From Balanoglossus misakiensis (taxonomy: Eukaryota > Animalia > Hemichordata): a stretch of 64,000 nucleotides of DNA. The first letter of the stretch is position 1; every line of letters begins with the position of its first letter. Under the pieces are notes generated by a model. It had not been told where the DNA came from, did not search any database, and saw only the letters and a program-made list of their open reading frames with translations. Below, piece after piece: positions 29,101-41,200 of the stretch. The DNA lies in contig CM082582.2 of assembly GCA_040954595.2 (NCBI GenBank), forward strand, positions 6,370,303 through 6,434,302, written 5' to 3'. The translations under genes and the position numbers were made by a program.

Positions 29101-32100
29101 GTGACTACAGCTTGGTAGCCTTGTTTTGTTTACAAATAAAAACCCATGTTGGTCAGACAAGTTCACCTGCCATGATGGGAAATACAGCACACTGCATCAT
29201 GGACAGAGGAGCCCATGTTTTTAACTGATAAATTTCAACAATATTTGCCGTATTTTTATTCAACACTGGTTTATCTTCATTTGCTAATGTGAGACATTTT
29301 GATTTCCACTTCAGTTAATGATTTCATGTTTTGGGGTCCCACAGTAGAAAGTGCAGGAAATTGAAAAGTGTGTTTTCAGGATGTTAGGGTCATCAATAAA
29401 ATATGTATTTTATCTTACTGCACATATTACGAAGGACAAATATTTTGAGGATATAACTTTTTACCATGTCCATTATGCTGATTAAAACCAGATCAGCTGA
29501 ATTCAACCAGAAAATGGCAAAATCTTGAAAAGATGGAGAGTTTTAGTTGTTTTTGCTTTTCGTAATGACCATACCCAGTGCTCCTTTGTTGAAATAGCTC
29601 TCAGCTTGTGACGTACCAGCACTGGACACAGACTGCCTTGTATTAAAGCTTTTTCATCTCTACACATAATACTTGCACTGTCAATGCCTGCCATCTAGAC
29701 AATGTTTGGTTTTCGCTTTCAAGGACATGTTTTCTACCCCACCACCCCTCTATTGTAATACCACACACCCAGGTCAGATGTGTAGGTGTAACATGGGGGT
29801 TGAAAATTTTGACTGGAATTTTACAACGTATCCTCTAGTAGACCAGTGCACCTTATTGAGGTCAGCGCTGCCTTCAAAGACACTCTCACTTCTGTTAAGT
29901 TTTCCGTAAATATTTTTTATGTTTTTCTTCCAGGTTTACTCGTATAGGCTATAAAGAAGACGAGTCATTAAAGTATTCCAGAATTTAGAGGTCCTGACCT
30001 GGACCACTCCACCACGAACACAACTATAGACCTCATGGCATCATGGCATACGTGTAGGTGTATTCACGCCAACGGATTTGATGTCATGCAGCATGACACT
30101 GTGAGTTCAAATAAAACCAAAAAGGCTTAGTTTTGTTTATGCTGAGTGACACATACGCATGTGTTGCAGATATATACATGTATGCCATTAATAAAGTACA
30201 TCACCAAATGCTACTGTGCACATCAATCATTGGCTGGGTGTTAAAATCCCTGTGTTCTTGACCCCTGACCTTGAGGGCAAGTACACCGTATAACAGAAAT
30301 AAACTGAAACTCATGCAGCAAATGTCACTTTTCATTTACTTTTCTGTAGAAATTTATTCATCTCGTTTGCTTTGTACTATCACTACATTTGTCATTAAAT
30401 TGAAAATGACCCCAGCAAGCTATCAAAACATGTCCATGTCAAACATCCAAAAATACCAGTAAATATCTGCATCAGCTAGCCTTGTAATTATTTTTATCTC
30501 ATTAACATAATACGATAATCATGAATAGCTGTGAACTGGCGAAGGTGGCATCTGGTGACACAGTTTTTGTTATAGCCCATGCCCTAAAATTGGTTCTATA
30601 CAGAGCTATATGAACACAACTCAAATCGAGCACTGCTATAATTTATCAATGATGATGTTATATTAGTGTTTTGGAATATGAGAGAAATTTAGCTGTCTTG
30701 GATTGTGTCTATAAATAAGTAGCTGTGTGGGAATAGCATCCGATCATGTGATCAACAACTGAGCATGTTCCAGTCAGCCAAATACTGATAGCACCATATC
30801 TGTTGTAATGCATGTACAATGTATATACACACATGTATGATACATGATACGTAGTACTACCCAACAGCTGTGACTATACCAGATCACCAATGTCACGGTG
30901 TAACAAAAGAGAGGATTTATAAATCACAGTCTATCCCTACACGGTGATTATAAATAAAGGGACTGTGGCCGAATCAAGCTAAAATTCAATGGCTGCCAAT
31001 TGCCGGTTAATCTGTGTCAATGAAGCGGCCATCTTGGCCGACATCGCAACACTGTTACTCTCATAGCCAATTTGTGGGTGTTAGTGTTGCCAACTTGCAA
31101 CATTGTCTCCATTTCCTGCCAGCATGCCACACACATGCTCCATCAATGGGCAGTGGAACGGATCTGCCAATTTGCATATCAATGCAGCAATGGTAATTCA
31201 TTACATAATTTTTAATGATCACAGTCAGTCTGAGTCTCACTAATGGAGGAACTATCATGAATGGCTTGATATCATTGTTATGCTGATTTTTTTTCCAATA
31301 TATGTAATTCTTTCGCTGATTTCTATAAACTGAATGCAATTCTGAAAGCCAATTCGCACTGATTTTAAATCATCCTCAATATTTCTAGAAAATTTATCCA
31401 AATCCAAAATGACAAAATAATGCATTTAAAATCAATAAAATTCAATAAATTACAAAAATAATCTGATTCGTCATTCTTTTGTTTCATTGAGTCTTTTGTG
31501 ATTGAAAAAATCAATTCATGGGTCTGTCTGATAATAAAGGCCCCACAACAAAGAAACATTGATTATTACAGAAAACCCTGTTCTACCAAAGCACCATTTG
31601 AATTTGATATTTTTAAATGACAAATGATTGCAAAATAATACCATCGCTGACTAATATTTCTTCACTGGCATCATCAAGCTAATGAAACAGCAGTCAGTGT
31701 GTGTACAGTACAGGGGATTTTAAAATAAAAGCAAAGGGTTTATGGTTTAATAGTTGACACAGGGCAAACATATCACATAGGTGTTTTTCACAGTTCAGTA
31801 GATTGTTACTTTCCTTTTGTCTGTCACTGTGTACACTTTCCATTGGAGTGTGTATATACGTGTATACATGTGTCATTTGTTCTAGTTTTCACTGTTTTAT
31901 ATAATTATACATATACATATATCTATAATATATATATATGATATATATATATATAGTTTTTCATATATATTGAAATAAATTAAATGACAAAAAGTCTGAT
32001 ACTGATATGTGCTATAAATTATATCATCAAGCTATAGTGTTATATGTGTTGTATCCAACAATGTATATATTTAAAGCAAGACAAGTCCTTAAAAAGGGAT

Positions 32101-33397
32101 AAGGCCTCACTGCCGAGTCTTAGACATTTACGCCCTGCCAAAAGTTATTGGCTGACTGAATGTAGAAAGAACGTGCTGTGACTCAGAATGGAAAAAAAGT
32201 GACTAACATGACAGAATTAATTTGAATTCAAACCGGTTGGATATATTTAGAACAAAATCTTGCTTGAATTTCAATGTATGCAGTATCAAATTGGCGGTTA
32301 GTTTTCGTTCATATAATGGATCTACTATTCCTGATAAGGGAAGCATTCTTTACGTCTGTGAATTTGAGTTGGTCGCTTGCTGGCAACTGAACACTTGCGT
32401 TTATTACTCAGAAAATCATGGGAGCGAAGCTGTATGATTGCCACATTTCTGTAACTACCAGTCAGTGATACGTGAATACTAGGGTCTGACAAGTTCCAGC
32501 TAGAAAGAGTCGTCTTTAATCTGCAGACTTTCCGCGGACAATGTGTGAAACGCGAGACGTAAGGATTGTGAATGCCCGCTGGACAGAAGGCCGTCTCCGT
32601 CGATCGCTTTCCATGTACTGGCTGTGACCTTGTCTGTTAACGGACGTATACTTATCATGGGTCGAGGGGATTAATTTCGCAATGTGAGAAAGAACGGAAA
32701 AATGGTCGCAAACATATATAGCTGTATTAATACACGAAAGAAACAACGCGGATTGTGACCTTAGCTGCTGACCAATCAGCGCCCAAACAACACTGAAATG
32801 AACAAGGCTATCCGTCCTTGATCATGTTGATGGAGAGATTTCAAAGTCTTGTTCTGTTCATGTCACGCCTGTGCACGTTCACAAAATCCACACATTACAA
32901 TATATAAGTGTTGTTCATTGCGATAAATTGAAAACCACCATTCGATTCGATTTTTTAACGCAACGACAGAGAAATTAAAGCGCGTGTTCAACTGCTACTT
33001 AAAGTTCACACGCACATACGTGATACAAGAACCGTAGCAACGAAACTATGCCTACGGGACGAACAACACCATAAGGGAGGCAGAGGTCAAATTTCGAATT
33101 GCAGGCCTGTTTACCAAGAAATCGCGAGATCGAGTGTTAATTTTGCGGTGGTAAATCTCACATCTGTGGATTTAGACAGTTATTTTTAATAAGCGTGTTT
33201 GCTCCGTAGAAGATCAATGGAACGGATTGTTTTAAAATATAAGTGGATATATCCTTACCTGCACTGGGATCGGCGTACACTAGGTAACCGACGGAAGATA
33301 TACAAACAGTACACGTCAACGTTAAAAACACAGTCACAAAATATTTATTCATCGTCCATTCCTTCGTCTTCCTACAGCGGATACACCCCATCTTCAT
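8143..33397 (-). CDS. B4GALT5: Beta-1,4-galactosyltransferase 5/6-like (GT7, lactosylceramide-synthase subgroup), 7 coding exons, about 425 aa
   Basis: Exons (minus): 33397-33259, 20294-20079, 15741-15491, 13548-13432, 13064-12877, 8912-8688, 8284-8143. All GT-AG and phase-consistent (1278 nt). Type II TM (YFVTVFLTLTCTVCISSVGYLVY), KVAIIVPFRER, FNRAMLFNVGF, FHDVDHIPENDRNYYGC, LPYNEFFGGVSGLT, FWGWGGEDDDLWNRV. Symbol is approximate, likely a co-ortholog of B4GALT5 and B4GALT6. Confidence 0.93.
8545..8634 (+). repeat. Fragment of a probable TA-flanked non-autonomous DNA-transposon repeat
   Basis: Repeated TCGCGAAAAT sub-motifs ending in CCCGTTTTACAGTA. Only one terminus is recognisable. Confidence 0.35.
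11575..11680 (-). repeat. Interspersed repeat family copy (related to 51770-51925 and 59150-59272)
   Basis: Reverse complement reads GGTCACCATCTTGTTTTCACGAAAATTACTACTTT...TTCTCC...ACAATTTTGC..CGTGACCCC, matching the other two copies by eye. Confidence 0.5.
13096..13179 (+). mobile_element. About 85-bp piggyBac-type MITE-like repeat, copy 2
   Basis: CCCTTTCATCCC...GGTAGTGAAGGGG termini with the same internal core; lies about 30 nt from the B4GALT exon 5 acceptor. Confidence 0.6.
15775..15965. mobile_element. Tc1/mariner/pogo-type MITE-like element
   Basis: Inverted repeats AAACCTGTCTAAACCG (15783) and CGGTTTAGACAGGTTTTACTG (ends 15965) followed by TA; internal repeated GGGACTG(G)AAAA units. 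Confidence 0.65.
16829..16965. mobile_element. Degenerate partial copy of the same MITE-like family
   Basis: CAGGTATCCAGATTA...TTTAGACAGGCTTCACTG-TA resembles the right half of 15775-15965. Confidence 0.5.
20366..20530. repeat. (ATTC)n microsatellite, imperfect
   Basis: Directly visible tetranucleotide array in B4GALT intron 1. Confidence 0.95.
27235..27317 (+). mobile_element. About 85-bp piggyBac-type MITE-like repeat, copy 3
   Basis: TTAA on the left, GGTGGTGAAAGGG then TCAA on the right, shared core. Confidence 0.6.
28516..28634 (+). mobile_element. piggyBac-type MITE-like repeat, copy 4 (with poly-C expansion)
   Basis: CCCCTTTCCACC...GGTGGTGAAAAGGG termini, shared core GAGGTCCAA..AAACAATAGGTTTGGACCAAACCATGG. 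Confidence 0.55.
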
Positions 33398-34175
33398 TCC
33401 GACTTCCACACTTTCGCCGTTCACATTTTAAGAACAAGGAGTCCGTTTTTCCGTCATCTTTATCTTGAACAGTCGTTGTGGACACTGCGCATGTCGAGCT
33501 CACCACATAATGCTGATTATTTGTTATTTATGGATTAAAGCCATCCATGCCGCGCCCTCCGCAGTCTGGGTCCAAATGTGCTCAGCAAGCTCAGTATGAC
33601 ACGGATAATGTTACACACACTCTGAAAACAAAGCTTTTCTTCTTAACAAACCGCCCGGTTTTCAAGCGTCTTGCAGTTTTCAGACGGCAAGCATACGCGG
33701 TGACTGTCTCTAAGAATATCTCTCTCTGGCTACACGGATGTGCCTTTAATCATATACCGGCGAGCTATATAACTACGACACCACCCACCAATATCAGCTT
33801 CGCGATCTGAAAATTCCTGAGGGCGCTATATGGTGTGATCCTGTGTCCGCTGTTCTGGTGATGAGGAGCACGATGATATCATCCGCACTACAATAAAGTT
33901 TGAATCTATTTGGGCTTGATCTATACCCAGTGGACATTCCCCATTTTGTTCTGGTACAATTGCAAGGCAATCGAACATAAAGACATGCAGCCACTCACTG
34001 ACTTGTACTGAAACGACTTTCTCAAGCTGATTATTTTTTTATTTCGGTTTAGGGCCAGTTTCCTGAATATCATACCGATCACTGAACTACCGATGTTTGT
34101 ACCAAAACCACCAATGTCACAGTCTAGAATTGTTGTCACTCAACCCGCTCACAAAACAGTTCGCGATTTCGTTCG

Positions 34176-34216
34176 TCCATCCATGGCATCCATCCATCCA
34201 TCCGTCCGTCCGTCCA
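34176..34216. repeat. (CATC/CGTC)n microsatellite
   Basis: Directly visible. Confidence 0.85.
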
Positions 34217-34827
34217 TCCATCCATCCATCCATCCATTTTGTGGTCTATATGATCATGTACATTCTTTTTACTGTATAAGCAACCGATTCTCATCAAACA
34301 CTGGGCTAAGAAACAGCGAGATACCTTGCTGCATGTTTTACCGTATACATTTTGCTGTTTGTGCCTGTCTCCGTTCTTTCGATCTCTCTCCAATCTGCAT
34401 GAAGATGAGGGATAACACCTTCACCAGGCGCAGTGAATTTCGCCTGTTAAATAGTGACTAAAGTTTCTTGGTATATTCCTCGGAAGGAAAATGGACAGGG
34501 GTTTATCAACACAGCAATTCGGAAGTATATACAGTTCTCGCGCTGTAATGTACCAGTAGTGCTTTAACAATAATTTTCATGAAATAGACCATGGACGCAA
34601 ACCCATGCTGACACTTATGTTAAAAAACAGCATGATATGAGTATGATGCCTATGTACAAAAATTCTAACAGAAACGAAAGAAATCTTTCTAACTTCAAGT
34701 TGCCATCAGCAAAATAAACAAAATAGATAAAAATAGGAACTTCACCATCACTTTAGCCAAAATAAATCAACCGGTTTCAACTATCACTGAGTTTTAATAG
34801 TTTGAAACATTTCAATGTTCCCTTTTG

Positions 34828-34829
<2 letters not shown>

Positions 34830-34892
<63 letters not shown>
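34830..34892. repeat. (AG)n microsatellite
   Basis: Directly visible perfect dinucleotide run, about 330 bp upstream of the SLC9A8 ATG. Confidence 0.97.
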
Positions 34893-34896
<4 letters not shown>

Positions 34897-35217
34897 TCGG
34901 GCCAATTGGCTTTATAACTACCACACCAACATCGTATGGAGTTGTCCTCCACCTACAGGATTGTACAGAAGTCGCCAGCAAGGTGTTATTTATTATTTAC
35001 GAAAGCACAACAATCAAGAAAGACATAAATTCCCACATTAAAAAAATATAATTAAACACGCATTGGCCTCGGACCTCCGACGTCAACAATAGCGCCCTCT
35101 AACAACAATCTTGCGAAACCAAAACAAAATGGCGATGAGATGTTGTGTTTGTGAAACGTGGACCTGTTAGCTCGTACATTTTCAGAGTTTAATTGATCTG
35201 TTCATAGCGTAGACGAA

Positions 35218-38200
35218 ATGGCTACCCAACGTTATTACTGCGTAGCAGTTTGCCTCATTTTACTCGTTTGTCCACTGCCTACCACGGGAGAAGGAGATGA
35301 GGAGCAGCCCCAAAACATTCCAAGCCAAATGTCCAAGTAAGTGATGATGACCCTTTTATTTTTGAGAACTCTTCATTCGCTTCAATTTTTTTTCCTATCG
35401 AGTAAATTGACGTTGTTGAAAGCCTCGTCGATAATGTGAGAAAATGGCGAGTGAAGTTTTATTTTTAGCATGTGTATCATAGCACTGGAGATATACTTTG
35501 ACCTCTTGTGTAGGGAAACTGATTCCATACTACACTGTACGTCCACATTGATGATTTGCATGATGCAAATTCCACGACAATATTACAATAACATCGTAAT
35601 ATTTAACAACAGACAATACTGCATTATTTAACACACACACATCCATGTTCCCATCTCCCTTACATTTTAATAGTTCGCAAAGAAAAGAAAAAAATGTCAC
35701 ACAAACTTACCGTAGTGTGAAGTTCATGATAAATAGGTATATAAGCTCGAGGTTTTGTTTGTGATTGCGACACAAACAAAACACAAACAAAACCTCGAGC
35801 TACTGAACTGTAGCTAATATGCACTAGATGTGCAAGAGCGTTGGTCAGAATGAAATATTGTTCCATTTACTATTCTTGCTCTGGGGAATGGTGATACTAT
35901 AGTTGTATTAATAAATTTATTTATTTATTTATTTATTTAAAATCAAAATCCAAGCCCATATAGTGGTAATACCATGTATTACAGATAGGTTACACGGTAT
36001 TAAAATTAAAAAGTGAAAGATAATACAGTGTTTCATCTAGACAGGGGTATTTCAGTTCTGTCAGTAAATTTAAATGCCAACTTTACTTCCACTTGTGAAA
36101 TTCAATTGTGAAAATACTTCCTAAAACAGAGAACCTCTTGAAAAAAGAGATTTATTTTTAGAAAGAGCAGAATCTATGTCATATGCAGTTGGCATCTGAC
36201 GCAACGCCTGTATGTGGTTAAAAGTAATCATGATTTCTGCTTTTTTAGTCTGTCTTTGTTATCATAGTGCTGGCAAATACAGTGTGGTGCTTATGTATAT
36301 ATACCATGCAATGCATGAAATGGTCTATTTTAGGATACCAAGTCATAGAGTCGAGCGATCAGCATGTCGGTTGAGTACACCAGCTGCTACGACAGACTTA
36401 TCCGTATTTCCCCTCCATCTCTGAAACTCTGCGATCTTGTTTCACTGCACTCAGGTTATCCAGTGGCAACATGACGACGGAGGCGAGCAACACGACAACC
36501 AAGGCTGCCGTGGTGACGGTGGAACCGGAGGACGAGATTCCGGGTGGGTCGCAAGAGGATGAAAAAGACAGCGGTTTGACGATATTTTTCATTCTGATTG
36601 TGGTCGGTGAGTATCCTTTCCCTGCATGTACGTACAGCACAGAACACGTCAGTTTCCATGTTGTCTTGCATGAGAAATATAGCGTTAGGTACATACCAGT
36701 TTGAAACAAAGAGCCACCCTACATTCAAGTTTTACATCCATTTTGAATTTATTTGAAAATTGGTCATTGTTAAACAAGATGAAAAAATACCCTATATCTA
36801 CTAGTGGGAGAATGTACAGAATACACAATTGTAATAAAAACATAACCAACTCAAATAAAATTGGACCATTTAGGAGACACCTGTATGTCTCTAGTCAGAT
36901 CAGTTCTTTTATCAATGTAGCTTTCAGTTTCACTCTGCAACTGAGCTCACGCAAACTGATATGCAGACATTGATTTTTATCGCTAAATATTTTTTAAATC
37001 CTGACTGCAAAAGAGTAAATCAATAGATAATGAACATGTGTCTAATCCGTCACTATTTTCCACGTATCTTTTTCATCCCTTTCCAGCCATGTGTATTCTG
37101 CTGGTCCATCTCATCATCAAATCCAGGTTTCACTACCTGCCGGAGAGCGTGGCTGAGGTGGCCCTAGGTGCCTTCATCGGGTTCATTCTCATGATACTCA
37201 AAGTGGAGAATTTAGCCAATTGGCAGGTAAGTCGCAAAATATATATCAAAATATAATCCAGCATTGGGACAGACGTGCAACCATTAATGAAAAAAAAATG
37301 CTGAGTCAGCATTATTCATTATTGGTTTTCTGTGGGAAAAGATTTTTGGATATTACTGTACCACAAAACTAAGCACCATACCCCTTCATTCAAGGACTGA
37401 ATTTAATTTTTTTGACTGAGCTATGTGCAAAATTTCTTGAAAATGGCAATAGGAGAAATGGGTTGTCTGGTAGTTCCTTCTTATGTAATCCTATCGGAAG
37501 AGTTGGAAACTTAGTTCTGATCTGTGCTGTGCTACATACATGTATGTATAATGTTGAATAAATTCTATGTACTTGCTCATTTGCAGAGAGAAGAAATGTT
37601 TAACCCTACTATGTTCTTCTTGGTTTTATTACCACCGATCATCTTTGAATCTGGATATTCACTGCATAAGGTAAAATCAAACACAGACGTACATATGTCT
37701 TTTTAACTTGTCTCCTAAAAACTTGCTGTCTGTTTTTAACGTTAGGAATGATTGTTATGGCACATCACACTGATTGTAGTGTTTAAATTTTAACAACATT
37801 GTCATTCTCGGGACTTATGGTACATGTGTCCAGTCATTTGTTTTCAGATGCTATGATTGATATTTAAGTGGGGGAAAAAATTTAAATTTTTCTCATGGAC
37901 CGCATTTTGCCTGGTTGATACTTGTGGGTTCTCAAAAAAAATATTTGCTGGTTAACCATCATTGTCATAGTTAAAATTGACCAACCAGAGAATACATTGC
38001 ATGTGTGGATAACACAGCTGTGAAGAACTTGAGACAAGTACACGAGTTGGAAAAAAATTCCCCAAATGAAATTCCCTTATTGGTCTTGCTCTCATACCGT
38101 TGACAACCAAAATGCTTCATTGCAGGGCAATTTTTTTCAAAACATTGGTTCCATCATGGTCTTTGCGATTGTCGGTACGTTCATATCCACAGTCATCGTG

Positions 38201-41200
38201 GGAGGTGGCATATATCTTCTTGGACTGGTAAGTTTTTAAAAAAGTGGTGGAAGCTGGCTGCATACATTGTACATCAGCCCTGCTGTTGGTTTCTATTTTT
38301 ATTGTTGATGCCTGCAAATTCACTGGTGTAAACAAAACTATAAATAATAACAATAATGTTCATGTACGGCCCAATGACCTGTAATAGACTCAAGCCCACA
38401 CTGTACTCCATAATGAGCTTGACTTCGCCTTGCACAGTATGTCGTACAATGTGTGCTTTTCGTCCATTATGGGTCATTAATGCGTACATTATTGTTTAAA
38501 TATTGCTTCAGAGACATCATTATGGTATACATACTGGTGATGGAAGTATGACATATGATGTTTGCCAAAACACCACCATGACCACTGTGTCCCGTAATTT
38601 GAACCAAAGAATAATCGCATTTATTATAAAACGGTAGTTTTTCATTTCAAATAAAACAATATGACAAAGATGCAGAATATATAGGTGTGGCATCTGTTGA
38701 CAGATCGCAGTACATATTAGTCCAGTCATAGGATTAGTGTAAGCTTGTTGTCAATATTTATCGGTTAGGAACAGAATTACAAAAACGTGTGTGGGAATTA
38801 AATCTGACCTGGGTCTCCTCTGCCCATTCATGTGGCTCTGAATTCAATACACAGTCTGTTTTGGTTCTCTGCTTTCAGGTATCGAACACAGCTGCAGTTG
38901 CATTAGTTGCACAGTCTGCGACAGGTTATCCCTGTAAATGATAAAAGAACAGTTGACTTTGATTGATGCTCTGGGTGTCTCAAATTTTTGGCCGTCGCAG
39001 AAATGTGCTAAAAACGTCAATTTTCACGGGAATTATTTTTAGCCGTCTGGGTGTTCATTTCACACGTTTAAGAAATAAAATAATGGCGGTGGAACGGTAA
39101 TTTTCATCAGGTAGCACATGTAGGGATGTTAGAACTTAGGAGATGTGTTTCCAGAACAAATAGAACAAATCAGGAGAAATTATACTTTGTTGTAATACTA
39201 CACAAAAAGATGATAGACCCGAAAATGTCAAGAATTTGTATGTGTGAATATAATGAATGCATTTTGACTTGTTTTTATTCGCATGTTCATTCCCGAGTAT
39301 GAGCTATGCTATAAATAATTACTATAGGGAAGCTGATTTTATATTTTTTAATTAAGTGTAAAACCAACAAAGTGAAATCTCACCTCAAAAATAATTTATT
39401 TCAATCAAGAAAGTCTCCTCTGAGACTCGCCTTTTCAATTGAAGTACAGCCACTGTTTTGAGTGTCACTGATGTGCAGTGTACGATGGGAATTTTGCCAT
39501 TCCAAAGGTTGTGGGAAGGTCATACGAGTTGACAGACATAAAAACTCTAATTATAGACGTGACCTTATAGGTACTTCTGTTAATATATAGTACACCCGAC
39601 AAATGTTATATTTAAGCTATAACCCCCGTCGCAGGCGAAATAAATTCCCCATTTGTATTTTCATGAAAATCAACAAATTAAACTGAAGCTACCCATACAT
39701 TGTAAGGCGTCCATAATATTTTCCTAAAAGTGATGAACAGTCTATCATGCGCTTGCTAAAAATTCGCACATTTTCACGATTTATTTTATTTAAATTTTTT
39801 TTAGAATTTCTCACACTTACGCAGTGCTCTAAAATAACAAGTTTCGGAAGCTGCTAGAATAGTCTTTATGTAATACTGTGCTTGGAGCTATGTCAATCAA
39901 AAACGCTGGTAAGAGCTCTTTAACATTTCCCGTCAAAACTAACCACCTAACATCGCCTTTCATCTGTTCTTTGCAGGCTGATGTGGTGTATCCGCTGAGC
40001 GTGGTAGAAAGCTTTGCGTTCGGTGCTCTCATCTCCGCGGTCGATCCGGTGGCCACCTTGGCCATCTTTTCCGCCTTGGACGTGGATCCGGTCTTACACA
40101 TGTTGGTGTTCGGGGAGAGCATATTGAATGATGCGGTGGCCATTGTCATGTCCAAGTGAGTGGTGTACCGAATTCTCACTGTTCCCCCTATACTCATCGA
40201 AACCGTCCAATGTTATAGATCCCACTCTGTTGGTCTTTTGAGAGAGTATTAAATTAGAATGGTGCATTTCATTTGCCCAAATATAGCATACATATACAAT
40301 GTAAGACTGTTTTCAGATTACAAAATATCTGCATGGCTGATGCTGTTGGCGTAATCTATCTGCCCTACTTTGGCAACAGCTGTCTACTTTTGTCCCAGGC
40401 TGCCTCCATTATTGTTTACTTCAAATCTGCATCACAATGTGGACTCATAAAACAATCAATTATGAACTTATACAGGAAATAAATTTCGATAATGACTGTA
40501 CATGTTATGCATTCAACTGCCGTGAGTGACTGAAGAGTGCTACTTTCGGCGTTTAATATATGCCAGTAATTTGCATAATTTTGTGTCAACGTTATTTCAG
40601 TTGTCGTGCGCTTGGATTTCTTGGCAGATCATTTTTTTTCCCAGCCTCAAACTATCCACAAAATAACTCAAAATTACGAGGTGTGTAGGATTCAGACATT
40701 AAAGATGGACGTGTATGGACTTGTACATCATATCATGTGCGCCGTCCCTACTTCTGTATTTTAGTAAATGCATGTTTTCACATCACTGACTTTTCCACTT
40801 TTTGTTTCCAATTCCAGCACTGTCATGATGCTGGATTCTCCGGAAATGAGAAATGTGTCTCCCACGGTGGCGTTCTTCGAAGCCGTCGGTTACTTCTGTA
40901 TAATGTTTTTCGCCTCGGCCGCCATTGGCATCATCTTTGGCCTCATCAGTGCAATCATATCCTTTCTGTAAACGTCCAAGAATTACTGTGTACGTCCTGT
41001 TGTGTTACGAAGATGTGAAACGATCTGACACTCCTGAAGTAGAATGTGGTCTGAGGTCGTAAATTATTAGTTCTCTGACTGCAGATGCAAGTTGAAAAAA
41101 TACACATATTCCATATATATCCTTAACTGTGTTCACTTGTTGAAACATGTAGATCTTCGAAAGACCCCATCCTTGGAATTTGGTATCATACTTATTTTCT

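Larger units (their letters stand above)
33398..35217. promoter_or_regulatory. Divergent (head-to-head) promoter/5'UTR region shared by B4GALT5/6-like and SLC9A8
   Basis: Start codons point away from each other about 1.8 kb apart. Locally more CpG-rich. CCAAT-like GGCCAATTGGC at 34900 and YY1-like CAAAATGGCG at 35125. Confidence 0.6.

Noticed and set aside
34784-35051. RERERE / LSLSLS ORFs
   Set aside because: Translations of the (AG)n microsatellite.
36611-36619. GTATCCTTT (perfect U12 donor) 4 nt downstream of the SLC9A8 exon 2 donor
   Set aside because: Using it would shift the frame, no TCCTTAAC branch site is near the acceptor, and the GTGAGT donor at 36607 gives a clean NHE8 alignment.
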